64,000 bases of DNA. Source: Chlorokybus atmophyticus (taxonomy: Eukaryota > Plantae > Mesostigma and Chlorokybus algae). Where the stretch lies: contig RHPI01002069.1 in the NCBI GenBank assembly GCA_009103225.1, positions 2,008,846-2,072,845 of the forward strand, written 5' to 3'. This document shows positions 1 through 22,540 of the stretch, piece by piece. A model generated the notes under the pieces. The model worked only from the letters and a program-made list of their open reading frames with translations. It made no database searches and was not told where the DNA came from. Position numbers and translations under genes: made by a program. Within the stretch, counting starts at the first letter, position 1. Each line of letters starts with the position of its first letter.

Positions 1-1799
1 GGACAGTTGCAGCTGTGGGGTTGGGCGTTGCAGGGTGGGATGTTGGCGATAAGGTGAGCTGCACATATACATATTTGTTGCTTGCAATCCAGAGCTTGAT
101 GACACCGGCTTCGGTCCGTGGCAGATCGTCAGTCACAGCAACTTGGACAAGCCCCATGGAGCCTTTGCAGAGTATGCCATTAACACTGCCATTACATCCG
201 TCCATTTGCCAGATGGTACGCCATTGACACTCAAACCAGAGCCGACAGCATATACTGTCTTGTAATGTGCACAGCAGAAGATGGTTTGGCACATAGCTTG
301 AGCCAGTGAGCGTTGCCAACACACTAGTATGCAGGGATTGCTTATGAGGATGCTGCTGCGACACCTTGCGCTGGCTGGACAGCATACCAGGTATGGTATA
401 AACTCAGTTGTCTATTGCACTATGACAACCCATGCACAATACAGGCATGTGAGGCTCAACGTCAATGGAGCTAGGTTGTTGCAACACAAGCAAGCAACAA
501 GCACTTGTTGATCGCGCAGGCTCTTCACTGCAAGATGCACATAAGACAGGGTCAGACTGTCGTGATCACGGGAGCAGCTGGCGGCGTTGGCGGCTTTGCG
601 GTAACATAAATTTCACATGATCCTCCTGCTGTATGGCACATCTGTTGGCAAACATAACAATGTGCCTGAATCCTATTGGTGCAACGGCGCGCAGGTCCAG
701 CTGGCTTCACTAGCAGGCTGCCGCGTGATTGCAACATGTTCCAAGGCCAACTTTGACTATGTAAAGTTACTGGGCGCGACTGAAGTGGTAAATGCACAAC
801 CGAGTGAACATCATTGATCAACCCTTTGGCATGTTTTGTGTAAGGGCAACTCATCGGTCGTTTGAAGCCCACATGATCTTGGACGCAGATAGACTACAAC
901 GAGCACGCCGACCTTCCTGCACGAGTCCTGGAGTTGACACAAGGTGTTGGGGCAAATGCCTGGTTGGTAAGTTTTGAATTCGTCATCTGGGGCATTGGTT
1001 TACTAACGGAAGCACACTTGCATTACTCCTAGGGTGATGTAGACCAATGTTTCCACGTATGCATCTCAATGCATGCAATACAGTGTTGCCACTGCATGCA
1101 TGCATCTGCCAAGCTCTGCGATTGAGGAAGCTTGAGATTTGTTTGTTGCCAGGAAACGGTGTCGAGTGACAGTGCGAAAGCAGCGCTCAAAGCGCTGGCG
1201 TTTGCTGGCGGCATTGTGAACATCGTCGGCACCATTCCTGTACGCTATGCATCAACTTACCTCTGCGCCCGCTCAGCAAGGTTCAACAGGCTTTGGATTA
1301 GTCAACTCATGTGTTGCTTTGTTGGAATGCAGGTTGGTGCAGAAGACAACGTGTTCCCCAGAGCTATCAGCGTGCATCACGTGTTCTTCGGTGGCGGACA
1401 TGCGGCGCCGAGGTGAGCATCAAGCACACATGACATTATGCGTGTTGACTTTCTGGCCTGCGTAACGCTGCTGGTTTGTTAATTGATTGAGTTGAACGAA
1501 TGGTTGTCTCCTCATTGCAGCAATGACGCACGCAAAGAGATTGCTGAGATTGGCCAAGAGATGACAAGCTTGTTGGCAAAGGGGCAGCTAAAGGTGCGTA
1601 GACTTATCGACACGGGAGCAACCTGTATCATGAGCTCTATGGTAGAACATACTACTGTTGTTCACCATCAATGTGAGTGTGTTTTTCCCATTGACAGCCT
1701 TTGGTGGGAGAGATCATATCACTTGAAAACATTCCTGAAGCTCTAGGGCGCATCGAGCAGCGGCACGTGAAAGGGAAGATTGTGGCTAAGCTGGTATAA
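1..1799 (+). CDS. MDR-superfamily zinc-type alcohol dehydrogenase / NADPH:quinone reductase-like protein, 5' part outside window, multi-exon
   Basis: Spliced exons give GTVAAVGLGVAGWDVGDK, TPCAGWTAYQ, the Rossmann motif VVITGAAGGVGGFAVQLA, VIATCSKANFDYVKLLGATEVIDY and C-terminal IEQRHVKGKIVAKLV*. Stop TAA at 1797-1799. Confidence 0.85.
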
Positions 1800-3136
1800 G
1801 ATATACATGCCACATTTGGACATGGACACACTACATATACAGAGACGTACACGCGTGCGGTACAGTACCAGCCGCCCACTATCACTCTCCCGGACGCCAG
1901 AGTTGTACATGGTGTAGTGGGGTCAGTTACCAAGAGTGTTATAAGCTTTCCCAAGCTCACGGACATGCGAGTGCACTACTTCATGTCAACATAGGTCTCA
2001 ACTGGAATGATCACAATGGCAGCATGTTAATGCGACATGCCAGTTGTCGCAGTAGGAAACAACATGGATACACTCGTGTTGTGCAGACACGCCTTCTGTA
2101 CTGCCGCTGCACTGAGCTAGGATTGAGCTAGCCTGGCCCCCTACCCTAGTGTTAACGTGCTTGGCAGGCTGCTGTGTGTGCGTGCGTGCGTGTGTAACAG
2201 GTGCTATGCAATGATTCACGCATGCACGTGCGTGTGCGCTATTGCGCATGCACGTGCGTGTGCGCTATTGCACACTTCAATACAAAACACGTGCACTCAT
2301 CAATATGATTCGTTGCGCTTGATTATACACCATACAAGAGGTGCGGGGTGCAGCAGGTGAAACACGTGTATGCGCTGCCTGTCCTACCTTGCACATAGCT
2401 GCACATTACAATAGCCCCCCCGACCCAGCTGTGCTTAAGTTTGATTAGGTGATGTGGGTGGTTGAGTTGTTTCGTATATGAATGCTTGATGGCGTCTGTT
2501 ATGTGTTGTGTCTAGTGGACACTGTCCCACTGGTATTCCGGACCCGGTCCGGTGATCAAGGCTTTATTACCCTATGAATCCCCTTGCAGCAGCAAACAAC
2601 CCTATATAATAGGGTATAAAATTGTTCCAAGCAGCGGAAGATGCCGCCGTGGCAGTGCCCAAAGCAGGGAAGCTTCCCACCGCAAAAAAGGGACGCTCCC
2701 CGCAGTTCTTCCGAATCTCCAACGCTGGCGCCAGCAGGAATCCATTTGTGGGCAGGAGGACAAGAGGGAGGAGGACGAGGAGGAGGAGGAGGAGGAGGTG
2801 GCGGTGACTACAGCTGATTGCGAGCGATTTCTCTCTCTCAACCTGCACAGCGCATGGCTCTAGCTTGAAGTCGAGTCAGGTGCGCAGATGGGGGAGCGGC
2901 GGCATGATGACCGCTGCCTCAGCATTGCATGCATACAGCTGCCTGCACACACATGCACAGCTAGCTTTCTCCTTCATGCACAGCAGCTTACTGCCTTTCT
3001 ATATATATTGGCTACATCCATTTTCAATACTATCAACATCAGCATTCATCGCAAAACTGTCATGCGCATGGACAGCTGCAGTGTGATCTGTCGTCAGTAG
3101 CAGTAGGAAAGGGCGGCGGCGGCGGCGGCGGCGGCG

Positions 3137-5010
3137 ATGAACTACGAGGCTATTTTGATTGATTGCGACGGGACGCTTGTGGACAGCGAGCCGTGGAGCT
3201 GCGAGGCAGTACACCAAGCAATACTGCAGGTCAGAGACAGTCAGACAGACAGAAAGCGGATGCGCACAGCTACTCAGACATAGACAGTGAGACGCGTGTA
3301 GACGCGCACACACGTGCATGCATGCTTGGACACACACGCAAGCACACTCCTGTGCACAAGCGCACGAGTACGCATGTGCTGAGTCGATAGGGTTGGTAAC
3401 CTTGTGTTTTTTGACGACGCAATTGACATTGAGTCCAATGTGCTGCGTGTGTGAAACAAATACCGTCGGTTTGACTTGACATTGCTCTACACAATGCATG
3501 CCCTGTTACCAGACTGCATCTCGCATATCGCGCCATGCCTGACACACTCAGTGTCAAGTGGTGATGCAATAGCGATGTGTGTATGCTCATTGATAGGTGA
3601 CAGGACTCGACGTGCCGCACCAGTTTCCCACTGATTACATCCCAGTATTTGGCCTCGACGCACGAAACACGCTCGTATATTACAAAGGTGAAGACTACAC
3701 GCGCTTATATGCACCTTGTTTGTAGAAATACAAGAGTATGCATGCATGCGCGTGCGTGCGCGTGCGTGCGCGTGCGTGTGCGTGTGCGCGTGATGTCTCA
3801 GTGGCGACTGTCTGTGTGATGTGTATGTGCATTGCAGAGGTGTTCAACACCGATTGGGATGTGGAGGCCCTGATCGGCCCCGTTGTGGCGGCCAAAGAGA
3901 AGATATATTTCGAGCAGCTGACTGCGAACGGGGAGCTGAAAGCCTTCCCTGGAGTCACCGAACTCGTAAACAAGGTCAGTTGTCATCATGGTTGTCTTGT
4001 CTCTGCATGCGGATGTATGCCTACACATATACGTCTCCAACAAACATGAACACGCGCTCTCATTTGCACGTGCGCAACCATCTGCACATATTGATGAAAC
4101 CACACAACCACACTCGGAGGGACATGCACAAACACACGCACACGCGCACTACGTGTGTCAACCAACACGATGTCTCTACACATGTGATACAACTATCACA
4201 TCTGCCCAACCAACACTTGATTGAGTGTCAACGCGCAGGCGAACGAGTTGGGTCTGCAAGTGGCTGTCGCGTCCTCCAGCGAGCCTCCCAAAATCCGGCA
4301 CAACCTTACGCAAGCCAACATCGACAAGTTGTTTCCCGACGAATCCAGAGTCGTTAGCGCCGTTGAAGTGGCCCATGGCAAACCCGCGCCCGACATCTAC
4401 TGTGAGTGGTTTGTGTTGTTGGGGTGTGTCGGGTGTGTGTGTTGGTTGGTTCGTTGGGTGGGTGGGTGGGTGTTGGTGTTGATTTTGTGGTGGTGTTTTG
4501 GTGTAGTGGAAGCGATGAAGCGGTGTGGCGTGAGTGACCCGGCCAAGTGCATTGTGCTGGAGGATGCCATCGCGGGGCTGCAATCGGGAAAGGCGGCCGG
4601 CATGCTTGTGGTGAGACGGTTATGTTGTTGTCACGGCTTGTTGTTACATTGAACAGTCAACGTGATTCTGTCAGTCACAGTCACACTTGAACATTTGGGA
4701 GAGTACTTATGCGTATGTGTGCGCGTGCGCACGCACATGTGTTTAAGTTCACTGGCGTGCACGTACACACGTGTCGCTGTGCGTGTATCGGTTTGTGCAT
4801 GCGTGCGTGCGTGCACGCGTAACATGGGTATGTGCGTGTGTGACATCACTCTGTTTCCAGATTGGTGTCACGAACACATTGCCGGCGGCAATGCTACAGC
4901 CTCACGCCGACATCGTCGTGAGCTCCATGCTTGAGATCGACCTGCAGAGTTTGCCGCCGCTCGCAGAGGTGCCGAGGCACGTTGTGCCTGACTCGCTACA
5001 AACGGCGTGA
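3137..5010 (+). CDS. HAD-superfamily hydrolase (subfamily IA variant 3; beta-PGM/CbbY-like), multi-exon
   Basis: Motif I ILIDCDGTLVDSE, motif II VAVASSS, motif III GKPAPDIY and motif IV CIVLEDAIAGLQSGKAAGM lie in GT-AG exons. Some internal exons were not resolved. Confidence 0.88.
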
Positions 5011-5695
5011 ACTGTTGAAGTGTTGGTGGGGTGCTGATGCGCATGTGGTGTGTACCAGTCAGTGAGTCGGGGGGACATTTGCTCACCATGAAGGCTGCTG
5101 TTTGCGATGTCCATGGAGTATATGAGTGGCAAGTCAGCCGCGATGTGGGTTACAAGATGTGCTATATTCATACACCAGTGGAACGAGATTGTCCTGCAAG
5201 CATGTTGCATAGTGCAAGTAATTCATCATCGCTTGGTTGCGTCTTGCTATGTACCTGTGGTTGGGTCGCATAACCAGCTGCTTTCTGTACTGCACGCCTT
5301 ACATCATGGGTGGTTACTATCAGCCATGACACTCTATTTCACAATATCAATAGTAAACGAAACCTTACTGCGTTGCATCTCCTGAAGTTTACAAAGTATC
5401 AGCGCCTGCCAAATGATAGTGGATGTGTTCTTGCATTAACACGTCGACTTCGCACACAAAACAGCTGGTATACACCGGCGAACTGCATGACACCTTGGAG
5501 CAGACAGAGATCTTGCCTACAAGCGGAGTGGGCATGCTGCAGAGTGTGCTGGAAATCTGATGACACCCGCTTATGGCGAGTCAGTTTTCGCATTAACTCA
5601 GTGTACTGCGCCTCCAGCTGTATGCAAGGGATGCAGATTAGGTACACTATGCGTAGGGTATATGCACAGCACACAATGGCCTCAGACAGTGGTTG

Positions 5696-8600
5696 CTAAA
5701 AGATCTGCAACAGTAGGGATGTGCTGCCATCCCCGAACTGGCACATTCCCGCAGCCTTGACCACCGCGCGGCAAAGCGGGCACGTGCGCTCCCGGTCAAA
5801 CCTGCATAAGAGTGTCTACATATCAGATTGTGTGCAACATTTCACGTGATGATGCATGTCAAGCCTATACACAACATGAGCACAGCGATTTCAACCTAGT
5901 GTCTCTTACCATTCGGACACGCACTCCTCGCAGAAGACGTGTCTACACACCAATGATATTGGCAGCTTCATCTTCTCTTGGCAAATGGCGCACAAGTCGC
6001 CCGCTTCCATGACCTGCAAGTTTGTGAACCACAACTCAGTCAGGAGCTCACTGTATGAATGTGCTGCTCAACATGTCATGGCACGTGCGCAAGCGACATG
6101 TCACAGAGTGCAACTGTCCAAGAAAGTTACCTCATCATGTGACGCATACTGGCCATACAGCAAATCGCTCTGTCGCAAACTCCGTATGGACGACACCAGC
6201 GTGCATACCTGATAGCATTAACACGTTGACCCAACTCAAGTACAATAACGACACTAATGATAGGGTAATCCAAAAAGAACAACGCTGACCTTCTCAAACG
6301 AGGATGTGACTTTGAACCCCAGGTAGAGTCCCGTGAGCAGCGAGGAAAACAGGCGACCGTACGCGTCGTTGAGGAAGAAGCGGTACCACACGGGCATGGG
6401 CGCAAGAGCACGGTAGAACAGGGAGAAGTGCTCCACTACAGTAAGCAGCTGCGATTGCTGTGAGGGAAGAGAAAAAACAAAGTGACATGAGTGGAGGGTA
6501 ATAGTGTGCACAAACAATTAAGGCTTGCATTGGTTGTGCAATTTCGCACCTGCCGGCGCGCTGGCCTCGCACTCTTGTGGCCATACGTCATCAGCGTGAT
6601 GGCTTTAACAACCATTGCAACGAACCGTATCAACACATCTGCCATAGAGCACACACAACATGTCAAAATCCAACCAACAACAAGAAAGCGTGTTGCTGGC
6701 ACTGTAGTTGCCTTGCAAACTACTCATGTGATGTTGGCAAACTTTGGTTGTGTCATAACTGTGAGAACTGCCTCTCTATACTGTCATGACAACAACATGG
6801 CAACAAATCAACCAATGTTGTCTTACCATTGACTGCAACATTCCAGATCGCATCCCAAAGCGTAGGGATCTTTGCCGGCGGTATCATGACCAACGGCCGC
6901 CACAACGCTTCCGACTCGAAAAGATAGTATACACCTCCAACATGAATGAGAAGAAGCACAGACACCCAACCCAACGCTATCAACTCCCGTTCCTCCTGCA
7001 CGCATGCAACTCCCGTGAGGCCTTTTTCGCATTGACACATACTGCACAGCAGCAATTCAAACCTCTCACCTTTAATGCAACCTGTTTACGTATCAATTCG
7101 TTAACTCTGGCCAAGCACAGCGTCAACCAACCAAAGGTGATGATGCCTGCAGATGGGCAGGAAGAAACATATAATGTGTTCCTTTGTACAACACGAGTGC
7201 TAGTTTGTGTTTCCTTGTATGAGATCGCACACAACTCATTGGCTCTTACCGTAACAATGCTGGTGCAGAAAGACAAGGAACAGCAAAAAGCAGAAGGGCA
7301 GAGCCTGCTCCAACCACCTGGCCGCAATCTGCAAGCCCCCAAATAAAGTTAACACCACACTGCAGGCATGGAGCATGTTACACAAGCTGCACGCAGGCCG
7401 CACGACCACTGCATCGCGAACCATACCATCAGCTAAGTATGAGATGTCCCGGATGACAAACGCTAATGCCGTCCATAAGCTACAACTAGCAACCTCATGT
7501 TCTTGAGTGATAACAGCTGAGCCGAGCCAAAACAGCAACTTGTCCCAACAACTGCTGCCCATTCGATCCAACATATGCAAGCTCACCAACCTTCGTCACC
7601 TCACCTGCAAGTCAAGCTCGGTTGCGGTTGTTGTTGCCGCTGTTGTTGCGACATTGCCGGTCACATTGCCCGCATCAACCCCGCGCGCAGCATCCTGCCC
7701 AATGCCAGAAGGCAGCGGTGCGGACGTGCCGATTGCTTCAATGTCCGCAGCGGCCGTGATGGCTGCACCATCATGGTGTATGCGGTTTGATGAGACGGAC
7801 CGCGTCAAAGGCCGGCCTGGTGTCCCCAAGTGGATGGCAACTTCCACGCCATGCACCTGCGCACTGTGTGTGTGTATGTGCGTGTGCAATGATGTGCAAT
7901 AATGTACACGCATGCAAAAAGCCAGGAAAATCTGCACAGCCAACCAAAACGGGAACTAAGAAACCTTGTGGAGAAACACTCAGGACTGCTTTCAATTGAT
8001 GTGACATTATAAGGCAACAGGCGAAGCTAGCTTACAACCATAATCCACGATCACCATAGCATGACAACATGCTATGGTGATCTACTTGCACAAAAGCTCA
8101 CACCCATCCATAACACAACAACTATTGCATGGAAGCCAATAAGCACGTGCTTGCGCATCGGTACGTGTTTCACACACGCACACACATAGCACCTGGTCAC
8201 GTCAAGCAGCACAGAATGTCTGCAGTGGCCAATGCCCATGGTTATTTCGCCTAATTGCTGGCTTACCAGACACACAAAGCTTGTCACTGCCAGTGTGTGT
8301 ACCATGAGACTTCATTGTTTACCAACAACTGTTGTAGCCATCCAAATTGCAAACTTTGGCAGCAGAATAGCCTATAGAATGCTAAATGACACACACACAC
8401 GCACAACTAATCACTGACAACAGGTGACTGTACACTAGCTGCAGGGTTTACATCATAGCACATCGGCACATAATGACAAGTGAGATCCAATGCAGCATGT
8501 GTGTGCGCATGCGCATGTGCAATTTTCTGTGCAATGCAGCGTGTGTGTTAGCGACCATGTATAGATTAAAACCGCACCTGCTGCTCGCTACCGTCCTGCG

Positions 8601-8964
8601 CACGAGCATCCCCCCCACCACGTTCCGGCAGCGAGGAGGAGGCTATAGCCTGGCTGCTAAGCTGCCCACCTCTAGCAGATAATCCACCTCCTCCTCCTCC
8701 CATGATGCTGCTGATCTGCAGGACAGCAGAGGGCAGGAAGTGCCGCCGGAGGAAAGGAGGAGCTTGCAGGAGGTGCAGGCCAAGGCGGGAAGAAGGAGAA
8801 GGAGCAGGCGAAGGAGAAAGGGAAGCTGATGAGAGCAACGAGGAGGAGGCGGAGGACATGGAGGAGGAGCTGGAGGTGGTGGAGGTGGTGGAGGAGGAGG
8901 CAGCAGTGTCGTCTCTACTGCTGCTTGCTCCTCCGGAAGTCACAGCTCTGAATTCCAACGCCAT
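5696..8964 (-). CDS. RNFT: RING finger and transmembrane domain-containing protein (RNFT1/2 family); start codon uncertain (8964 or 8703)
   Basis: Exons give [53 protein letters not shown], the C3HC4 [43 protein letters not shown] and the end [13 protein letters not shown]. These match plant RNFT proteins as recalled. Confidence 0.85.
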
Positions 8965-9881
8965 GACAACTGATCTGTCTGGTGCTTGCTGCCACCTCAC
9001 AGGCGGCAGCAAGCAGGAAGCATGGAGTTGGAGTGTACTGTGTAGTCCACTCTGCTAGCCTGGCTGCCTTGCTGCAAAGGACCGGACCAGACCAGAGTAG
9101 ACAAGACTGGACCAGGCCGGACCAGACTAGACCAGCTGGACCCGACCAGATCAGTTGAGCGGCGGCCTGGTCCACAGTCAGCAACAGGCCTAGGGTTTTG
9201 CCTGCTGCACATTCACCAAAACCTTGGTTCCCAACTCCAGATCAACCTCCTGTACGCCACACGCCCAACACCCCGTTGTCAACCCAGTCTCTCCGACCGA
9301 GCAGTCAAGCAGTCAGTCCGCCACACCGACACCCACGACCACACCCTCCAACACGTCGCCGCCCCCCGCCGCCGCCCCTGCCGCCTCAGCCCAGCCCCAA
9401 GCCCCACTGCCACGCCGACGACTGGGCAGATGTCGCGAGCAGCTTTTGACAACGTCTATCTTCTTCTCTCTCGCCATCGATATAGGAATGGAAGGGCCCC
9501 TCTTTGATGCCTTGGAAGCAACGACAGTGTCAATCTGTCATTGGAACGCAACATTGTTGATGAATTGTTGGCCTACTTGACGAGTGTTGAAAATCACTTC
9601 GTACTACGTACAAGTTCTTACGTATGAGAGCTGAGTCAGCCGTTGCGGCATAGCGATCTCGATCGACAAGGCCAGAAGTACGGTCTTCTGCGCTATTGAT
9701 CAGGATCGAATATTCGGGTTTCCAATCGAACGGTCAGAGACGGTCACGTGACCATTGTCGGATCGGACGGCGCAAAGTGCGCCTGAGACGGTTGGCTTGT
9801 ATGCAAGGGCTTTATTGCCTTTTTCCGCTAGAGAGCTAAATTGATCACACAGAGGGTTTTGCCCCTCTCTCTTGCCAGCTG

Positions 9882-9885
<4 letters not shown>

Positions 9886-9920
<35 letters not shown>
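9886..9920. repeat. (GA)n microsatellite
   Basis: Direct reading. Confidence 0.95.
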
Positions 9921-9927
<7 letters not shown>

Positions 9928-10263
9928 CGGCTTGCTGGTATGATCGCTCTGTTTTGCTTGCTTGGTTAGGCCCACTTGTTGATCGAGCAAACCTCTCACT
10001 CGTGAGAATAAAGCCAGCAACTGCTGGAGAGGGGGGGAACAACCACCTGTTGTTGTTGTGTACAAACGAGAAAGAGAGAAGGCACAACAACCGATGGGAG
10101 AACACTTGATGCCGTTGGCAACAACGTATATGCGCTTGGATACTGACGAGAGGACGGCATAGAGGCTAGCGTACAGAGAAGGAGGCTGATTTGCCTGTAT
10201 GTGTACATGTACTACACGCATACTGTGATAGACAACTGAACACATCATCATCAGCCATCAGCC

Positions 10264-13200
10264 ATGGCGGACGGCTACAACTGGTTCCTGATCCTGGTGG
10301 CGGTGGTGGTGGCGCTGCTCGTGGTGGCCGTCTCCGTCTACCTCATCATCAACTACCAGCACCCGGAAGACGCAAACCAAGCATACTTCCCAAAACTCAT
10401 CGTGGTAAGGGAATGAGCATCACCCACACACACGCACACACACACTCTCGCGCTCTCTGCCACTGCGTGTGGGTGTGAGACGAGTGCTCGCATACGCATT
10501 ATGCATAATGGTGCAATTCATACTATTCTACACACACACACAAACGTTGTATCCCTCACTACACCACTGATTCACCCCATTTCACTGAATCACTTGACCA
10601 TTGATTCACTGGTTCACTGGTTCATTGATTGACTAATTTGTTCTTTGTGTAGTTGTTGGGTTTGACGCTGGCGATGTATCAAGTGTTGCTTCTGCCTCTG
10701 GACGTGGCGAACCGTGCGGCGTGCAAGGAGAGCATCGCGCTGTCGGCATGCCACTTCACGCTACCTATGGACCAGCTGTGGTGAGTGAGGAGTGAGTGGG
10801 AGTTGGGGGGAGTGAGTGGTGTACATATGTCTGTGACACACGCACACACGCATACGCGCACACACGTACGCGCACGCGCGCACACACACATGTGCACGCA
10901 CTCAGGCACACACGTACACGCACGCGCATGCGCACACATAAACGCACACGTGCACGTGTGTGTGCGCATACAGATACACACACGCGCGCGCACACACATA
11001 CACACCCACGCCCACGCCCACGCCCACGCCCACGCTCAGACACGCCCATGCACACGCGCACGCACACGCACCCACCCCCACACCCACCCACTCTCACCCA
11101 TGCACCCACCCACACCTTTCCACAGGTACGCCACAGGCATAACCACAGCCATCCTGGTCGCCATCGTCATCCCCTTCACGATGTTCTACTACGAAGCAGA
11201 CCAAGAAGAGTGAGTGTTGATGACATCTCACCAACCCCCACCCACACATCCACATCCCCACATTCCCACATACCCACATGCACTCAGGTCTCTGGGCAAG
11301 CGCATCTGGTCCGGTTGTCTGTGGCTCTGCGCCGTCTGCGTCACGTTCGGACTCATCCTCGGACTCGGATACGGCCTCGCGGGCAACGTGGAGTACCCCG
11401 TGTGGAGAGTCACGTCGGGAGCACAGGTGAGTGTGTGTGTGTGTGTGTGGGTGCGTGGGTGGGTGGGTGGGTGGAATACTGATCATCGTGTTGGTAGGGT
11501 ATCAATGCGACGGCTTCTTGGGCGACACAGATCAACTCCGCTAATGCGTGTGTCGCGCCGTATTATGACGTTGTCTCTAGCGCCAACACTGTGAGTGACG
11601 CTCTCATGTGCGTTCATGTTCATCATGTCACAACATATGTGTCGCACACTCACATGTACATACACACGCATATGCTATCACAGTGCAACGCGAAGAGCGG
11701 CGGTCAGAAGATCACTTGGTCCATCCCGACCTCGTTCCCCGTGTACGTCATCGCCGTCGGGTCCATCATAGGGTGGATACTATTCATGGTAAACAACAAC
11801 AACAACAACAACAATCACCACCACAACGAGGAGTGATGCGAGTCTAACACATACACACGTGCAGGTTTTTGCTGGCGTGGGAGTGATTGCGCTGCCGCTA
11901 GATTGGATCCAAGGCTGGTTCACGCGGCCGAAGAAACAGATCACAAAGTCAGAGTACATCAAGGTGAGGGGGGTGGGGGAGGTGTCTGAATCAAAAGCAA
12001 GTGCGTGCACTTGCATCGTCTGTTGCATCATCATGCGCACGGTAGAGCAGGTCACGCACACACCAACAACACGTACCAACACACACCAACTTCTACCTTC
12101 AAGGCCGCGGGCGATCTGGCCAAGCGTGGCAAGGACATCCGCGAGGTGGCGCAGGGCTTGCAGAGAGAGGAGCGGTCCGGAGGGAAGGGGAGGAAGTGGC
12201 GAAGGGCCTTCTCGCAACTGCAGAAGGTGGGGGGTGTTGGTTGTTGTTGGTGTGGGTGTGGGTGGTGGTGGTGTGTTTGTCGTGGTTGGTTGGTTGGTCG
12301 GTTGCTTGATGTGTGGTGATTGTTGTTTGCAGGAGATCGTGTTTTTGGAAGAGGACCAGGCGCTGCTTGAGGAGTGCTTCCCGCAGGGAGATAAGGTGGG
12401 TGGGGACTTGTTGTGGATGTCGTTGTGCAGCAACGTAGAGGACAAACACAACATTGCAGAGGCACTGTAGCAAGCAATCCATCGCGGCACACAGATCTTC
12501 GTCACGCCACCATCACAGCACAGTGGACTGAGAGTTGTGGCCTGACCGTGTTGTCTGTCGTGTTTGTGCAGGCGGATGTGCTGTGGGCGCTCGTCATCCT
12601 GGGCTACCTCGCCAGACTCATCCTCGGCGTCATCGGGTAAGACTCACCCACCCACCACCGCCATCAACAATAACAACAGCATACTCACCCTCTCTTCTTC
12701 TCTCACACCAGCATGATCGTGACGATCCTTTGGTTGCTCCACATCATCCTCTACATCCTGATCAGCCCCCCCGTCACGCCGTTCCTCAACAGCGTCTTCG
12801 TGAAACTAGACAGCTTCTTCGGTAGGACACACACACACATGAACTTAGAGTCACACTTGTGGTTTGGGGAAGTGAGTTCACATGTTTGTGCTGTGCGCCC
12901 ACAGGTTTGTTTGGGACGACTGCCTTTGCGCTGTTCTGCCTCTACATGATCGGTTGCACCATCAAGGGCTGTACCAAAGTGGGCCTCAAGTTCGCCTTCA
13001 TGTCCGTCTACCCTATGAAGTGAGTGTTGCCCGCAACCCACAACAATGTGTATGTTGGCTTTGTGTTGTACTGATGAGCGTGTGACAGGGTGAATGGCAC
13101 GCTTATGAGCGCGATGCTGTTCAACACCGCATTGATACTGCTCTGCTCTATCAGGTAAAGTGTTATACTAAGCCACGTTGGGTTGGGTTGGGTTGTGTCA

Positions 13201-13934
13201 GTATGGAGGGACTAAGTGTACATGTGTGCACGTGCGCAGTGCGATACAGTTCTGCTCCGAGGCTTTCGATATCTACGCCAGCGAGACGGCCGTCAACCTG
13301 ATATACAGGGTGAAGATATCCCATCTGCAGGGAATCAAGTACCTGTTCAAGTGAGTGACACATGAAGACAATGCTGAGCATGTGTGCGATGTGGCAAGAT
13401 TGAAAGGAAGGAATGACAACTGTGTGGTATGACTTGATAGGTACAATGTGTTTATTTGGGCGTTCTTGGCGTGCACGCTCGTGAGCGCACTCGTCATCGC
13501 CAAGAGCAAGGTGAGTGTCACTCACTGAATGAGAGAGCATGAGGAGGTTGTGACACGACAATTGGTGTACGTGCGTGCGCGTATGTGTGCGGACGTTTGT
13601 GTATGCGGGCGTGTCTGTGCGCATGTACACATGTTCGCGAGCGCACGCACGCGTGTGTGTGTGTGTGTATAAGAGGTTATATGCTAGATTAGCAGCATGC
13701 ACGGTGTGCAAAATCCACCATATGTGTGCGCGTGTGCATGCGCAAGCGTGTATATGCGCGCACGCGTGTGTCACAAGTCCAAAAGAGTATACAGTGTACA
13801 GGAAATTCGCAACACGTATGTGTGAACTCACCTCATCTACTCTGTGTGTGCAGAAGAAGAAGCCGCGGAACGCTCGCCAGAGGTTGCGTCTGGACGGCCA
13901 TTCGTCATCATCGGCCAAGAGCCCCAAGAAGTAA
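10264..13934 (+). CDS. LIMR / LMBR1-like membrane protein, multi-exon
   Basis: N-terminus [44 protein letters not shown], then [34 protein letters not shown] and [15 protein letters not shown], as in plant LIMR-family proteins. Confidence 0.88.
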
Positions 13935-14318
13935 AAAATGGGTGTTACTGTACCTCAGTAGATAGGTTGTTGTCAGGACTTCGTGTCAAAATGCGTTTTG
14001 GGAATGTTCAATCCTCAATGATGCATGGGCATGCCAGCTTACGTGCCAAGCCACAACTGTGGCGCCGCCTCGTCACGTGCAAGAGACCTTTACCCACTCA
14101 CTCGATATATTGCTGTCGTGATGATGATCGTAGTTGCATACAAAACCACCACAATAGCAACTGTACACATGTAGTATCCTACCATCCTACCATATCACTG
14201 TCATCTTCTGATGACACACCTAGCGCGCATCTACAAAAACAACGTTTTCTCCGCTCCACTAACACCCACAAAACCTACTTCAATCCTTCACAACACGTGT
14301 ACTATACTCCAATCTCCC

Positions 14319-22025
<7,707 letters not shown>

Positions 22026-22525
22026 GCCTGTATTGGCAGCTCAACAACTGTCGTTGCTCTTCTATACCCTAACCACAATCCTAGATATGTGCTTGCCGAC
22101 CTGACCAGACACAGCTCACACAGCTCCTGTCTAGCTAAACTGTGCAGCTGATCAACCCTCAAGCTGCCGAGCGCCGCTCCTTTGCGAGGGTAAGACGCTT
22201 TCCAGCTCACAATAGTAAACAAAGCTACTGTGTAGCGACTGTTCTTACGTAAAGTAGATCAATGAAGCTTGCCAGCTGTCAACTATCAGCATGCATGCGC
22301 ATGCAACGCCTTTATGCTCTCTACTGAGCTCTCCCTGCTCTGTCTTTGAGCTCAACGTCAAAATTCAAGATCGGCCCCGACCTAATGACTAAGCTACCTT
22401 AACAGCTGGTAGTCATGTTCAAGGCTGTAACGACGACAACGACATCAACAACAACCGCTCCTCCTCTTGTTCCGCCTCCGCCGCCACCGCCGCTTGCACC
22501 AAGGCAACATTTGGGTTAGCCGAAG

Positions 22526-22540
22526 TTTAGGTTTAGGGTT
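22526..22540. promoter_or_regulatory. Telo-box-like motif (TTTAGGTTTAGGGTT) in the NRPC2/REV7 divergent intergenic region
   Basis: Matches the plant telomere-repeat-like AAACCCTA promoter element. Function is inferred only. Confidence 0.3.

Noticed and set aside
9742-9753. Perfect palindrome GGTCACGTGACC (CLEAR/G-box-like) upstream of the LIMR gene
   Set aside because: A single short E-box/G-box palindrome; the animal CLEAR analogy cannot be supported without conservation data.
10679-11486. Long His/Thr/Arg- or Cys/Val-rich ORFs here and in many other introns, plus poly-ER/SL ORFs at ~36 kb
   Set aside because: These are translations of CA/GC/GA microsatellite-rich introns, not genes.
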